A stretch of DNA of 64,000 nucleotides from Acidimicrobiia bacterium (lineage in GTDB: Bacteria; Actinomycetota; Acidimicrobiia; Acidimicrobiales; Poriferisodalaceae): the NCBI GenBank assembly GCA_022820925.1, contig JAJEEO010000012.1:416594-480593 (forward strand). Reading direction: 5' to 3'. How positions within the stretch are numbered: the stretch's first letter is position 1; each line of letters begins with the position of its first letter. A program made the translations under genes and the position numbers. Of the stretch, positions 20,297-28,901 are shown piece by piece. The notes under the pieces are model-generated. The model was given only the letters and a program-made list of their open reading frames with translations, had not been told where the DNA came from and made no database searches.

Positions 20297-21475
20297 TCAG
20301 GGCGTGGGGTGCAGCGGCAGCAGTTCCTGGCCGAGCGCGGCCCGGTAGGTGTTGTGGAAGTGATGCAACGCCGGCTCGTTGCGGCCGAATACCACGTGTT
20401 CGAGCGCCCCGCTGTTGGCTGAACGCTGCTGGCTGGCGCTCATCACGTAGTCCTCGTCGCGGATGACGTTGCTGAATGCCCGCGACGCCTCGGCCATGAA
20501 GTCGAACTCCGCGTCGTCGCGTGCGATGCCGGGCCGCAGGTAGAAGGAGATCTGGCTGGTGTGACGGCCGGGCTCGCTGGGGTGGGGATAGGCCCGCACT
20601 AGGAACAGCACCTCGCGCGACGGGATCAGCTGCACGTTCGGGAACAGCCAGTACACCGGCAGCCCGTAGCGGGTGATATCCCACTCCGACGGCGGCCGCT
20701 CCCGTGCGTCCTCGATGGCTCGACGGCACAGGATCAGCCGGTGATGGCGCCCGAACTCGTCGTAGCACTGCACGTTGCCGTAGAAGTCGTTCGACAGCGT
20801 GTCCGAGTGCAGCACCGGGAAGTGGTACGTCTCGCCGAACGTGTCCATGGCGAGCTTCCAGTTGCAGTCGACCTCGTAGGTGTCGCTGCCCAGCCAGCCC
20901 AGGCTGCCGAAGTCCCACCCGGAGACGTCGGCGGTGAGCTCATCGCCCAGCAGCGCATCGGGGTCGAGCGTGCCGCCGGGCTGGGGGTGCACCCACAGCA
21001 GGCCGTGGCGCTCGACCGCCGGCAACTCCACGAGCCCCAGGTCGTCGCGGTCGAGCTCGCCGAAGTGATCAGACTTGGGCAGACCGACAAGCGCGCCGTC
21101 GGCGTCGTAGGTCCAGTTGTGGAACGGGCAGGCGAAGCGGCGCTTGCGCCCGCGCGGCTCGGTCTCGATGACCACGCCGCGGTGGCGGCAGGAATTCACG
21201 AATGCCCGGAACCGGCCGCCGGGCGACCGCACCAGCAGCATCGGCGTGCCGAGGTCGTCCTGGGTCATGAACGAGCCCGCTTCGGGCAGGTCGCCTGACA
21301 GACCCACCATCTGGGGGTGGGTGTCGAAGAACTCCCGCCGCTCGATGCCTGCAAGCTCGCGGTCGGTGTAGGAGGCCGTGGGGTTGTAGCGGACACCGCC
21401 GGCGTCCACGTTGGTGCCCGAGTCGAGCCGCGCCAGCAGCGTCTTGATGTGGCTGACCTGTTCGGCGTGCTCCAC
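20297..21475 (-). CDS. Rieske [2Fe-2S] ring-hydroxylating oxygenase, alpha subunit-like
   Basis: Contains CRHRGVVIETEPRGRKRRFACPFHNWTY, the CxH-N17-CxxH Rieske motif. Confidence 0.88.
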   Translation of the reverse strand: MEHAEQVSHIKTLLARLDSGTNVDAGGVRYNPTASYTDRELAGIERREFFDTHPQMVGLSGDLPEAGSFMTQDDLGTPMLLVRSPGGRFRAFVNSCRHRGVVIETEPRGRKRRFACPFHNWTYDADGALVGLPKSDHFGELDRDDLGLVELPAVERHGLLWVHPQPGGTLDPDALLGDELTADVSGWDFGSLGWLGSDTYEVDCNWKLAMDTFGETYHFPVLHSDTLSNDFYGNVQCYDEFGRHHRLILCRRAIEDARERPPSEWDITRYGLPVYWLFPNVQLIPSREVLFLVRAYPHPSEPGRHTSQISFYLRPGIARDDAEFDFMAEASRAFSNVIRDEDYVMSASQQRSANSGALEHVVFGRNEPALHHFHNTYRAALGQELLPLHPTP

Positions 21476-21534
21476 GGCGGAAGTATGCCACCGCCCGGCT
21501 CTCGCCCTGCTCCCCGACGAGGCTTCTCAGCTGC

Positions 21535-22434
21535 TCAGCCGCTCAGCCACTCGTTGAACTCGGGCTGCCGCTTGGACAGGAAGGCAGAGACGCCCTCGGC
21601 GGCGTCGGGCAGGTGATCGGTGATCGCTGTCTTGGAGGCAATCTCGTCGAGCGACTGCTCCCAAGTCATCTCCGCGGCCAGCAGGATCGACCGCTTGAGC
21701 ATGCGCATCGATACCTGCGGGCCGTCGGCCAGCTCCGCTGCGAGCTCCGCAGCGGCTGAAGGCAGCTCGTCGTCGTCGACCACCTCGTGCACGAGCCCTA
21801 GCTCGCGCGCAGTCTCGGCATCCACGATCCGCTTGCGCATCATGAAGTCGGTCGCCCGGGCGACGCCGAGATGCTGCACCAGCAGCCACTGACCGCCCTC
21901 GTCGGGCAGCAGCCCGAAGCGCAGCGTCGCCGAGCCCATGCGGGCCGAGCGTGCCGCGACGCGGAAATCGCACGCCAGGGCGAAGCTGAAGCCGGTCTGG
22001 ATGGCGAAGCCGTTGATGGCGGCGATCGTCAGCTTGTCGAGCCGGCGCACGGCGGTATTGACGGCTTGGGAGATCGTTCGCAGGCTGTTGTAGGTGCCCG
22101 CGGCGTTGTGATGGCCTCCGAAGATGTCCGGCATCGCCGAGGGATGTTCCGCCTCGTAGCCGCCCAGGTTGTCTCCGGCCCAGAACGCACGGCCCTGCCC
22201 GGTGAACACCACGACCCGCACGGCGTCATCCATCTGCACCTGGGTGATCAGCTCGATCAGGTCCCGCTTCATCGAGTGGTTCGAGGCGTTCATCGACTCG
22301 GGCCGGTTGAAGGTCACGGTCAGCACGCCGTTCGCGCCGAGCGCCTGCTCGAATCCGAAGTACTCGGTGTCCAAGTAGCCGGCTTGCTCGCTCGGCCTTG
22401 CTTGCTCGCTTGGCTGGGCTTGCTCGCTCGTCAT
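21535..22434 (-). CDS. enoyl-CoA hydratase/isomerase (crotonase) family
   Basis: Contains LTVTFNRPESMNA...VVVFTGQGRAFWAGDNL. The N-terminus carries a short tandem peptide repeat (SEQAQP, SEQARP, SEQAG). The true start could be the downstream TTG in YLDTEY. Confidence 0.85.
   Translation of the reverse strand: MTSEQAQPSEQARPSEQAGYLDTEYFGFEQALGANGVLTVTFNRPESMNASNHSMKRDLIELITQVQMDDAVRVVVFTGQGRAFWAGDNLGGYEAEHPSAMPDIFGGHHNAAGTYNSLRTISQAVNTAVRRLDKLTIAAINGFAIQTGFSFALACDFRVAARSARMGSATLRFGLLPDEGGQWLLVQHLGVARATDFMMRKRIVDAETARELGLVHEVVDDDELPSAAAELAAELADGPQVSMRMLKRSILLAAEMTWEQSLDEIASKTAITDHLPDAAEGVSAFLSKRQPEFNEWLSG
22381..22431. repeat. short tandem repeat (3 units of about 15-18 bp, core GCTTGCTCGCT) at the 5' end of the crotonase gene
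   Basis: Read directly: ggCTTGCTCGCTcgg ccttGCTTGCTCGCTtgg ctgGGCTTGCTCGCTcgt. Confidence 0.6.
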
Positions 22435-22480
22435 GGCTCATTCCCCCTGTGCAGGCAGGCCCGCCACCGGGGCGGGTCGC

Positions 22481-22921
22481 ATGCTGAACCTAGTGAAATC
22501 TCGGCGCATGGGTACGCTGCCCGCCGTGGCTGCAGAGACCGGCGAAGCGGGTGAGGTGCCGGTCGCGCCCGTTGCGCCGTTTGCTCCCTTTGACCGGGTG
22601 CTCATGCTGCGGCTCGACACCGAGACTCCAGCCGGCGAGCAGACCTACTACATCACGCCGTTCGTGACAGACGGCGGGCGGCTCTTCGTGTTCGACGAGC
22701 CCGGTGACCGCAGCGACGCGCTGGAGGATCTGCTGGTCGGCAACCGCACGACGATCAGCTCCGCCTCCACCGGCGAGCTGAGCATCGGCGCCGTCGGGCG
22801 CTACCCGACGTCGGACGAGGAGGCATGGGCGCGTGACGCCTGCTCGGCGCGCTTCTTCTATGACCAGGCCTTGCAGGACCTCGCACAGCTCGGCGGCCTC
22901 GTCACCCTGCACCCCGCCTGA
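22481..22921 (+). CDS. hypothetical protein
   Basis: The frame is open from 22433. The ATG at 22433 shares a CATG with the divergent crotonase start, so the ATG at 22481 or 22508 is more plausible. No motif recognised. Confidence 0.4.
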   Translation: MLNLVKSRRMGTLPAVAAETGEAGEVPVAPVAPFAPFDRVLMLRLDTETPAGEQTYYITPFVTDGGRLFVFDEPGDRSDALEDLLVGNRTTISSASTGELSIGAVGRYPTSDEEAWARDACSARFFYDQALQDLAQLGGLVTLHPA

Positions 22922-22964
22922 ACTCCCGCAACCTGCCCTCGAGCAGGGCTCTAGTGTGCGCTGG

Positions 22965-24035
22965 ATGCGCACAGCGATCGGGTTCGGAGGGCCGGCTTCG
23001 GGCAAGCGGCGCGACTGGGACGAACAGGTCGAGTTCCTGCGTGAGGCAGAACGGATCGGCGTGGACATCTTCTGGTCCGCCGAGGCGTGGGGCATGGACG
23101 GCGTCTCGACGCTGGCCTATCTCGCTGCGGTGACCGAACGGGTCAAGCTGGGCACCGGCATCCTGCAGATCTCCGCACGGGCGCCTGTCATGACGGCGAT
23201 GACGGCACTGTCGCTGGCTGCGATGACCGGTGACCGGTTCATCCTGGGGCTCGGTGTCAGCGGGCCGCAAGTAGTCGAGGGCCTGCACGGGGTGCGCTTC
23301 GCCGATCCGCTGGGCCGGCTGCGCGAGACCGTCGACATCTGCCGGCAGGCGTTCGCCGGCGAGAAGATCAGCTACGACGGCCGCCACCACGTGCTTCCCC
23401 TGCCCGACGGGCAGGGCAAGTCGCTGCGGCTGGCGCAGCCCGCCAATGACTCCATCGAGATCTGGCTGGCGACGCTCGGCCCGCGCTCGCTGCGCTACAC
23501 CGGCGAGGCAGCCGACGGCTGGGTGGGCGTGTGCTTCGTGCCGAGCTGCCCGGAGGCCACCTGGGGCCACGTGGCAGACGCCGCAGCGGCGGCCGGCCGG
23601 CCACCGGGTTCGGTGGCCTGCCAGGTCGGGGGCGCCGTCGAGTTCGGCGACGATCTCGAAGCCCTCATCGAGCCGCGGCGACCGGGCATCGCCTTCACGC
23701 TGGGCGCCATGGGATCGGCCACGGCCAACTTCTACAACGACGCTTACCGCCGCGGCGGCTTCGACGAGGAATGCCGACACGTGCAGCGCCTGTGGCTGGA
23801 CGGCGACCAGGCCGCAGCGGCAGCCGCAGTCCCGGACCGGCTCGTGACCGAGACCAACTTCTTGGGCACGCATGAACAGGTCACCGACCAAGTGCGGGCG
23901 TACCGAGATGCCGGGGCGGATGTGCTGCGCCTGCAGCCCGAAGGGCCAACCGCCGCGGATCGGCTGGACACGCTGGCGGAGATGATCGACATCGTCGGGG
24001 CCGTCAACGCCGAAACCGCCGACGAGCCGTCCTAG
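22965..24035 (+). CDS. luciferase-like monooxygenase (LLM) class oxidoreductase, probably F420-dependent
   Basis: The ATG at 22965 gives MRTAIGFGGP...VDIFWSAEAWGMDGVSTLAYLAAVTERVKLGTGILQISARAPVMTA..., typical of the LLM family. Confidence 0.85.
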   Translation: MRTAIGFGGPASGKRRDWDEQVEFLREAERIGVDIFWSAEAWGMDGVSTLAYLAAVTERVKLGTGILQISARAPVMTAMTALSLAAMTGDRFILGLGVSGPQVVEGLHGVRFADPLGRLRETVDICRQAFAGEKISYDGRHHVLPLPDGQGKSLRLAQPANDSIEIWLATLGPRSLRYTGEAADGWVGVCFVPSCPEATWGHVADAAAAAGRPPGSVACQVGGAVEFGDDLEALIEPRRPGIAFTLGAMGSATANFYNDAYRRGGFDEECRHVQRLWLDGDQAAAAAAVPDRLVTETNFLGTHEQVTDQVRAYRDAGADVLRLQPEGPTAADRLDTLAEMIDIVGAVNAETADEPS

Positions 24036-24092
24036 CTCCGCCCTGCGCCGGCCCACCGGGGCGACCTGTCAGGGCTCGGCCGTGTCACTACG

Positions 24093-24524
24093 GTGGTGCC
24101 CATGGCTGGGCAATCTGAGACAGGTCGCGCTGTCACGTTCACCGAATCTGAGCTGCGCGAGCGGCTGACGCCGATGCAGTACCACGTCACCCAAGAGGCC
24201 GGGACTGAGCGCCCGTTCACGGGCGAGACATGGGACAACCACGATGTCGGCGCGTATCACTGCGTCGTGTGCGGCGCCGAGCTGTTCGACTCGGAGACCA
24301 AGTTCGAGAGCGGTTCCGGCTGGCCGAGCTTCACCCAGCCGGTCTCGGCCGAAGCGGTGGACACCGAGGTCGACCGCTCGTACGGCATGATCCGCACCGA
24401 GGTGATGTGCAAGGCCTGCGGGGCTCACCTGGGACACGTGTTCCCCGACGGTCCCCGTCCGACAGGCGACCGGTTCTGCATGAACTCGGCGTCGTTGCAG
24501 TTTGCGCCCTCCGAGGACGACTGA
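24093..24524 (+). CDS. msrB: peptide-methionine (R)-S-oxide reductase
   Basis: Contains [11 protein letters not shown]...GWPSF...[17 protein letters not shown]...RFCMNSASL. This covers the two CxxC zinc motifs and the catalytic Cys, which is an ordinary TGC codon. Confidence 0.93.
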   Translation: MVPMAGQSETGRAVTFTESELRERLTPMQYHVTQEAGTERPFTGETWDNHDVGAYHCVVCGAELFDSETKFESGSGWPSFTQPVSAEAVDTEVDRSYGMIRTEVMCKACGAHLGHVFPDGPRPTGDRFCMNSASLQFAPSEDD

Positions 24525-24579
24525 CGACGATGGAGAACGAGTCAGGCTGAAGCGGGCTCAGCACCGGCCCGCCCGGCCC

Positions 24580-25143
24580 TCACTCCAACTCGAGGCTGAG
24601 CTGGGTGGCGATCGGCTCGTCGGGGAACAGCTTCACGACGTCCGCATCGAGCTCGCGCCGCACGCCCGCCACCGGCACCACCGTGAGCATGGCCGCCTGA
24701 CCTTGGCGCAGCAGGCTCAGCACCTGGTCTTCGTCCACCAGCAGCACGTCCGTCCCGCTGATGACGATGTTGGCGGACGCAACCTCGCCGCCAAGCTGGT
24801 CGCGCAGGTACTCGAAGGCCCGGGCAATCGAGCGCAGGTCGATGCCCTGGTCGCGCATCTTCTTCGCGATCTTCAGCTCGACGAGGTCGTTGTAGGAATA
24901 GCGGCGCCGCGAACCGCTGCCGGCTGCGTCGGCAACGGAGGGCTTCACCAGTCCCTTGCGGGCCCAGTGGTCGAGCTGGCGGTAGGTGATCCCGACCAGC
25001 TCGGCGGTCTGCGGGCCCGCGAATCCCTCCGAGAACGCGCCGTCGCCGGACGGTCCCTCCGGAGGCGCTGACGGCGGCGGCGGCTCCAACCCCTCACCTG
25101 ACTGCGGCACCCCAAGGGAGGGCGCAAGCTGCTCGTTGGCCAT
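24580..25143 (-). CDS. MerR-family transcriptional regulator (distal member of the conserved actinobacterial gcvH/FHA/MerR/DUF151/MerR cluster)
   Basis: The ATG at 25143 is preceded by AAGGAG. The helix-turn-helix region reads TAELVGITYRQLDHWARKGLVKPS...RRRYSYNDLVELKIAKKM. Confidence 0.85.
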   Translation of the reverse strand: MANEQLAPSLGVPQSGEGLEPPPPSAPPEGPSGDGAFSEGFAGPQTAELVGITYRQLDHWARKGLVKPSVADAAGSGSRRRYSYNDLVELKIAKKMRDQGIDLRSIARAFEYLRDQLGGEVASANIVISGTDVLLVDEDQVLSLLRQGQAAMLTVVPVAGVRRELDADVVKLFPDEPIATQLSLELE

Positions 25144-25202
25144 CGGACGCTCCTTCGGACTGCGAATCACGGCTCGAATCACGCTGCGAGTCGCCTCATG
25201 AA

Positions 25203-25230
25203 TCACACACCGTGAACTACTGAAGTGTGA
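25203..25230. promoter_or_regulatory. 28-bp palindromic element TCACAC-N16-GTGTGA upstream of the MerR gene (candidate operator)
   Basis: The + strand reads gaaTCACACaccgtgAACTACtgaaGTGTGAtct, about 60 nt upstream of the ATG at 25143. A near-identical architecture occurs at 43776-43803 in the nrdA leader. Three direct GAATCAC copies lie at 25164-25170, 25176-25182 and 25200-25206. Confidence 0.35.
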
Positions 25231-25317
25231 TCTGCCGTGCCACAGAGCGTACGGGGGTCCCTCACCGCGGCGCAAGGGGCCAGTTGGAGGGCACGACCGG
25301 CGGTCGGTCGCCGGGCG

Positions 25318-25851
25318 TCACTCGGGGTCGCTGGCCTCCGCCGTCGGCCCGAAATCGTCGGGCTGCACGTCGTCGAGGAACTGCTTGAACTCGTCGAGGA
25401 GCTCGTCGGGGTCGACATCGGCCGGCTCATCGGGCGGCAGCTCGATGATCTGTCCCGCCTCATCCAGCACAGCCTCGCTGGCAAAGATCGGCGTGTCGGC
25501 GCGCACGGCCAGCGCAACGGCATCGCTCGGGCGCGCGGAGATGGTGTGGGTGGACGACCCGATGGTCACCTCCATCTCGGCGAAGAACGTGCGGTCACGA
25601 AGGTCGGTGACGGTGACCTTGGTGAGCGTCGCGCCGAGGACGTCCAAGATGGCTGCCATGAGGTCGTGTGTGAGGGGCCTCGGCACGCGGATCTGCTCGA
25701 TGCCGCGGTAGATCGCCTGCGCCTCGGGCGTGTCGATCACGACCGGCAGCACCCGTTGCGAGCCGCTCGTCTCCCGCAGCAGCAGCAGCGGGCTCTGCGA
25801 GGGCATCTCCACCTGCACGCCAAGAAGCTCCATCTCGACCATGGAATGCAC
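25318..25851 (-). CDS. bifunctional nuclease family protein (DUF151)
   Basis: N-terminus MVEMELLGVQVEMPSQSPLLLLRE...RVLPVVIDTPEAQAIYRGIEQIRVPRPLTHDLM, a typical DUF151 signature. Confidence 0.85.
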   Translation of the reverse strand: MHSMVEMELLGVQVEMPSQSPLLLLRETSGSQRVLPVVIDTPEAQAIYRGIEQIRVPRPLTHDLMAAILDVLGATLTKVTVTDLRDRTFFAEMEVTIGSSTHTISARPSDAVALAVRADTPIFASEAVLDEAGQIIELPPDEPADVDPDELLDEFKQFLDDVQPDDFGPTAEASDPE

Positions 25852-25896
25852 ACTACTTCGGCCCTTGCGAGGCCTGAGCCGGCGACTGCGGCGCTC

Positions 25897-26859
25897 TCAG
25901 TCCCAGTAGCGGCGGAGCGATTCGCCCATCACTTGCGCACGCAGCCGCTCGCACAGCGCCACCAGCCTTCCCAACGAGCGGCGCGCATCGTCCGCAGCGG
26001 TCGGGCCGGCCGCGTGGATGACCGGTTGGATCCCCTGCTCGAACATTGCGGCGTCGCGCGCCGCCGCATTTCGGACGACCCGCAGATGGCGGGCCTGCAG
26101 GCCGTAGGTGGCGAACTCGCGCGAGATACGAGCGATGAGCAGCGCTCCGCTGCCGTAGCGGGGCTCAGGAGGTTCGAGCGCGAGCGGTGCCTGGGGGTCG
26201 CTGCCCGGCGGGGGCGTGCCGTCGTCGGCGAGCGGCACCAACAAGCCGTACTCGGTCAGCTCTGCAATCTCGGCCAGGCTGAGCCCGCTCTCAGCGCTCA
26301 GCTCCGCGGCGCTGTAGGTGCGAGCGTCGTCGGGCGCAGCCCACGGCGGCTGCGCGACGGCCGCCTCGGGGTCCGGGGATCCGGCGGCTTGAGGCGCGGC
26401 AGCATCTTCGGAGGCGGCTTCACCGGCGGCAGCCTCACCGGCGGCGGCGTCGGGGGCGGCACCTTGGGGGCCGTCGCCGTCGTTGAGTTGACCGGGACTC
26501 GCGCTGCCCGCCTTCGCGAGCGAAGGCTCGCTCCCGCCCACGCCGATGCCCCAGATGTCGGCGAGGTGTTCGCCCCGGTTGATGCGCTCGCCGATAATGC
26601 TGAGCGGCAGGTACTGGTCGCGTTGGCGGCTGAGAATCCAGCGCAGCACCTCGATGTCGTGGGGCCCGAAGCTGCGGTATCCCCCCGGGGTGCGCGCCGG
26701 CGAGATGAGCTTTCGATCCTCGAGAAAGCGGATCTTGGAATCGGTCAGGTCGTCGAATTCGGGCCGCAGCAGGGCCACGACCTCCCCGATCGACAGCCGT
26801 CCGACCGGGGCACGCAGATGTGAGGGCGGGTGGGATTCAGGCTGGGCGCCGGCACTCAC
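25897..26859 (-). CDS. MerR-family transcriptional regulator with a long Ala/Pro-rich linker
   Basis: Contains LSIGEVVALLRPEFDDLTDSKIRFLEDRKLISPARTPGGYRSFGPHDIEVLRWIL. The ATG overlaps the upstream FHA gene's stop by 4 nt. Confidence 0.85.
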   Translation of the reverse strand: MSAGAQPESHPPSHLRAPVGRLSIGEVVALLRPEFDDLTDSKIRFLEDRKLISPARTPGGYRSFGPHDIEVLRWILSRQRDQYLPLSIIGERINRGEHLADIWGIGVGGSEPSLAKAGSASPGQLNDGDGPQGAAPDAAAGEAAAGEAASEDAAAPQAAGSPDPEAAVAQPPWAAPDDARTYSAAELSAESGLSLAEIAELTEYGLLVPLADDGTPPPGSDPQAPLALEPPEPRYGSGALLIARISREFATYGLQARHLRVVRNAAARDAAMFEQGIQPVIHAAGPTAADDARRSLGRLVALCERLRAQVMGESLRRYWD

Positions 26860-27308
26860 AGCCCGACCGACGACACCAGGTACAGCAGCTTGAACTTGCC
26901 GACCTGCAGCTCGTCGCCGCCGCGGAGCGAGATCTCGCCGTCGGTGCGGATGCCGTTGACATAGGTGCCGTTGAGCGAGCCCACATCGCGCAAGGTGTGC
27001 CCGGCCGGGCCGAGCTCGAGCACGACGTGTCGGCGCGAGACGGTGATGTCATCGAGGAAGACATCGCTGTCGGGATGTCGCCCGACCGTGACCCGGTCGC
27101 CGACCAGCTCGAAGCGTGTGCCGGACCGGTGCCCCGAGGTCACCACCAGCTCGGCGACCCCGCTGTAGGGCGGAGCGTCGGTGGCGCCGACTGGTGAGAG
27201 GACCTCCGTGGGCGCATCGGCAGACGAGTCCAGGCGCGTCCCGCAGCCCGAACAGAAGCGCGCATCGTCGGAGTTCGAATACCCGCACCTCGCGCAGACG
27301 ATGGCCAC
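26856..27308 (-). CDS. zinc-ribbon plus FHA-domain protein
   Basis: The GTG at 27308 lies 3 nt downstream of the gcvH stop codon. The N-terminal CARCGYSNSDDARFCSGCG is a zinc ribbon. The FHA core reads VTVGRHPDSDVFLDDITVSRRHVVL...LNGTYVNG. Confidence 0.85.
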   Translation of the reverse strand: MAIVCARCGYSNSDDARFCSGCGTRLDSSADAPTEVLSPVGATDAPPYSGVAELVVTSGHRSGTRFELVGDRVTVGRHPDSDVFLDDITVSRRHVVLELGPAGHTLRDVGSLNGTYVNGIRTDGEISLRGGDELQVGKFKLLYLVSSVGL

Positions 27309-27313
27309 GGCGA

Positions 27314-27715
27314 TCAGACGTCCTCGGCGATCAGCGCGGCGTAGCCGTCGGCATCGAGCAGGGCAGTCATCTCCGCATCGGCCTGCTCGGTGTCCGCTGT
27401 CGGCGTGATGACGCAGATCCACCCGTCGCCGTAGGGCGACTCGTTGACGAGTTGAGGTTCGTCCTCGAGCGCCACGTTGACCTCTGCGATCTCGCCAGAC
27501 AGCGGCGCGAAGATGTCCGAGACCGATTTTGTGGACTCGATCTCGCACATGGCTTCATCGGCGGTGACCTGCGCCCCGACCTCCGGCAACTCCACGTAGA
27601 CGACATCGCCGAGCGCATCCTGCGCAAAGTCGGTGATGCCGACCTGCATGCCGGCATCGACGGGGCGCACCCATTCATGGTCGGCCGAGTAACGCAGCTC
27701 TGCAGGAATCTCCAT
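27314..27715 (-). CDS. gcvH: glycine cleavage system H protein
   Basis: Contains YSADHEWV...GITDFAQDALGDVVYVELPEVG...CEIESTKSVSDIFAPLSG, which includes the lipoyl-lysine motif. Confidence 0.95.
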   Translation of the reverse strand: MEIPAELRYSADHEWVRPVDAGMQVGITDFAQDALGDVVYVELPEVGAQVTADEAMCEIESTKSVSDIFAPLSGEIAEVNVALEDEPQLVNESPYGDGWICVITPTADTEQADAEMTALLDADGYAALIAEDV

Positions 27716-27801
27716 GGCCGCGAAGCTACCGGATAGGTGTCACGCGAATAGCTAGGCCTCGCAGCGGATCGCCCCGCCCGCGCTCCGCTGTTGCAGCGTG
27801 T

Positions 27802-28425
27802 TCAGCCGCTGATGTGGCCGGCGCGGCCCTCACGCACGGCGGTAACGGCCTGGGGGATGTAGCCCACCGCCGACCAGTAGTGGATCGGCAGGCCAGCCGC
27901 CACGAAGACCCAGGCCGCCACTCCGAAGGCATCTGCCACGCCGATGTCGCTGTGAGAGGCCAGAAAGCACGGCACTGCGAACATCATGAGGAACGTGCCG
28001 GTCTTGCCCCACCAGGTCACGTCAATCTTGCGAGCACCGAGCGCCCCCAGCACCAGAGCGGCCACGGCAACGACCCCCTCGCGGAAGAGCGCCAGCACCG
28101 CGATCCACAACGGCAGCGAGCCATCCGCGATCATCACCACGAGCGCGACCAGCAGCAGCAGGCGATCGGCGGTGGGGTCGAGGATCTTGCCGAGCTCAGA
28201 CACCTGGTTGAAGCGGCGAGCGATGAAGCCGTCCACCCAGTCTGTGGCGCCGAGCACGCCGAGCAGCAGCGCAGCACCCCAGCGGTCCTGCGCGCCGAAC
28301 ACCAGCCAGACGAACCAGGGCAGGCAGCACAGCCGCCCGAAGCTGATCAGGTTCGGCACGGTGAACGGCCGCCACCCGACCTCGGGGTCCGACGACGCGT
28401 CCGAGGCCTCGCTCACGCGATGCAC
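27802..28425 (-). CDS. pgsA: CDP-alcohol phosphatidyltransferase (PgsA-like)
   Basis: Contains ATDWVDGFIARRFNQVSELGKILDPTADRL, the DG-x2-AR-x8-G-x3-D-x3-D motif. The protein has multiple hydrophobic segments. Confidence 0.85.
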   Translation of the reverse strand: MHRVSEASDASSDPEVGWRPFTVPNLISFGRLCCLPWFVWLVFGAQDRWGAALLLGVLGATDWVDGFIARRFNQVSELGKILDPTADRLLLLVALVVMIADGSLPLWIAVLALFREGVVAVAALVLGALGARKIDVTWWGKTGTFLMMFAVPCFLASHSDIGVADAFGVAAWVFVAAGLPIHYWSAVGYIPQAVTAVREGRAGHISG

Positions 28426-28481
28426 GGTACTGGCACCGCGCCACGGCGTCGCCGTTCGGCTCAGCCTCTTAGGCTTCGCCC

Positions 28482-28886
28482 GTGGCCACCGTCTTCACCC
28501 GGATCATCGAGGGCGAACTGCCCGGCACGTTCGTATGGCGGGACGAGAGATGCGCAGCGTTCCTGTCCATCAACCCGCTCGCAGCGGGTCACACGCTGGT
28601 GGTGCCGATTGCAGAAGTCGATCACTGGCTGGACGTGCCGGCCGACTTGCAGACGCACCTGTTCGATGTTTCCCGCCGCATCGGGGAAGCGCAGATGCGT
28701 GCCTTCGAACCGGACCGCATCGGGCTGGTGATTGCCGGCTTCGAAGTCCCCCACTGCCACATTCACGTGTGCCCCGTGAACTCGATGGCCGACATGAACT
28801 TCGCCCGAGCACTGCCGATGGCCTCCGCCGACGATCTGGCCGGGCCGGCCGCAGCGATCCTTGCCGAGCTGGCTGCGCCGGGCTGA
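28482..28886 (+). CDS. HIT-family nucleotide hydrolase/transferase
   Basis: Contains FTRIIEGELPG...AAGHTLVVP...VPHCHIHVCP, the histidine triad. Confidence 0.9.
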   Translation: MATVFTRIIEGELPGTFVWRDERCAAFLSINPLAAGHTLVVPIAEVDHWLDVPADLQTHLFDVSRRIGEAQMRAFEPDRIGLVIAGFEVPHCHIHVCPVNSMADMNFARALPMASADDLAGPAAAILAELAAPG

Positions 28887-28901
28887 TCGGCCGGAACCCG
28901 C

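Noticed and set aside
24093-24524. Selenocysteine in MsrB
   Set aside because: The catalytic residue in RFCMNS is an ordinary Cys codon, and the ORF is uninterrupted.
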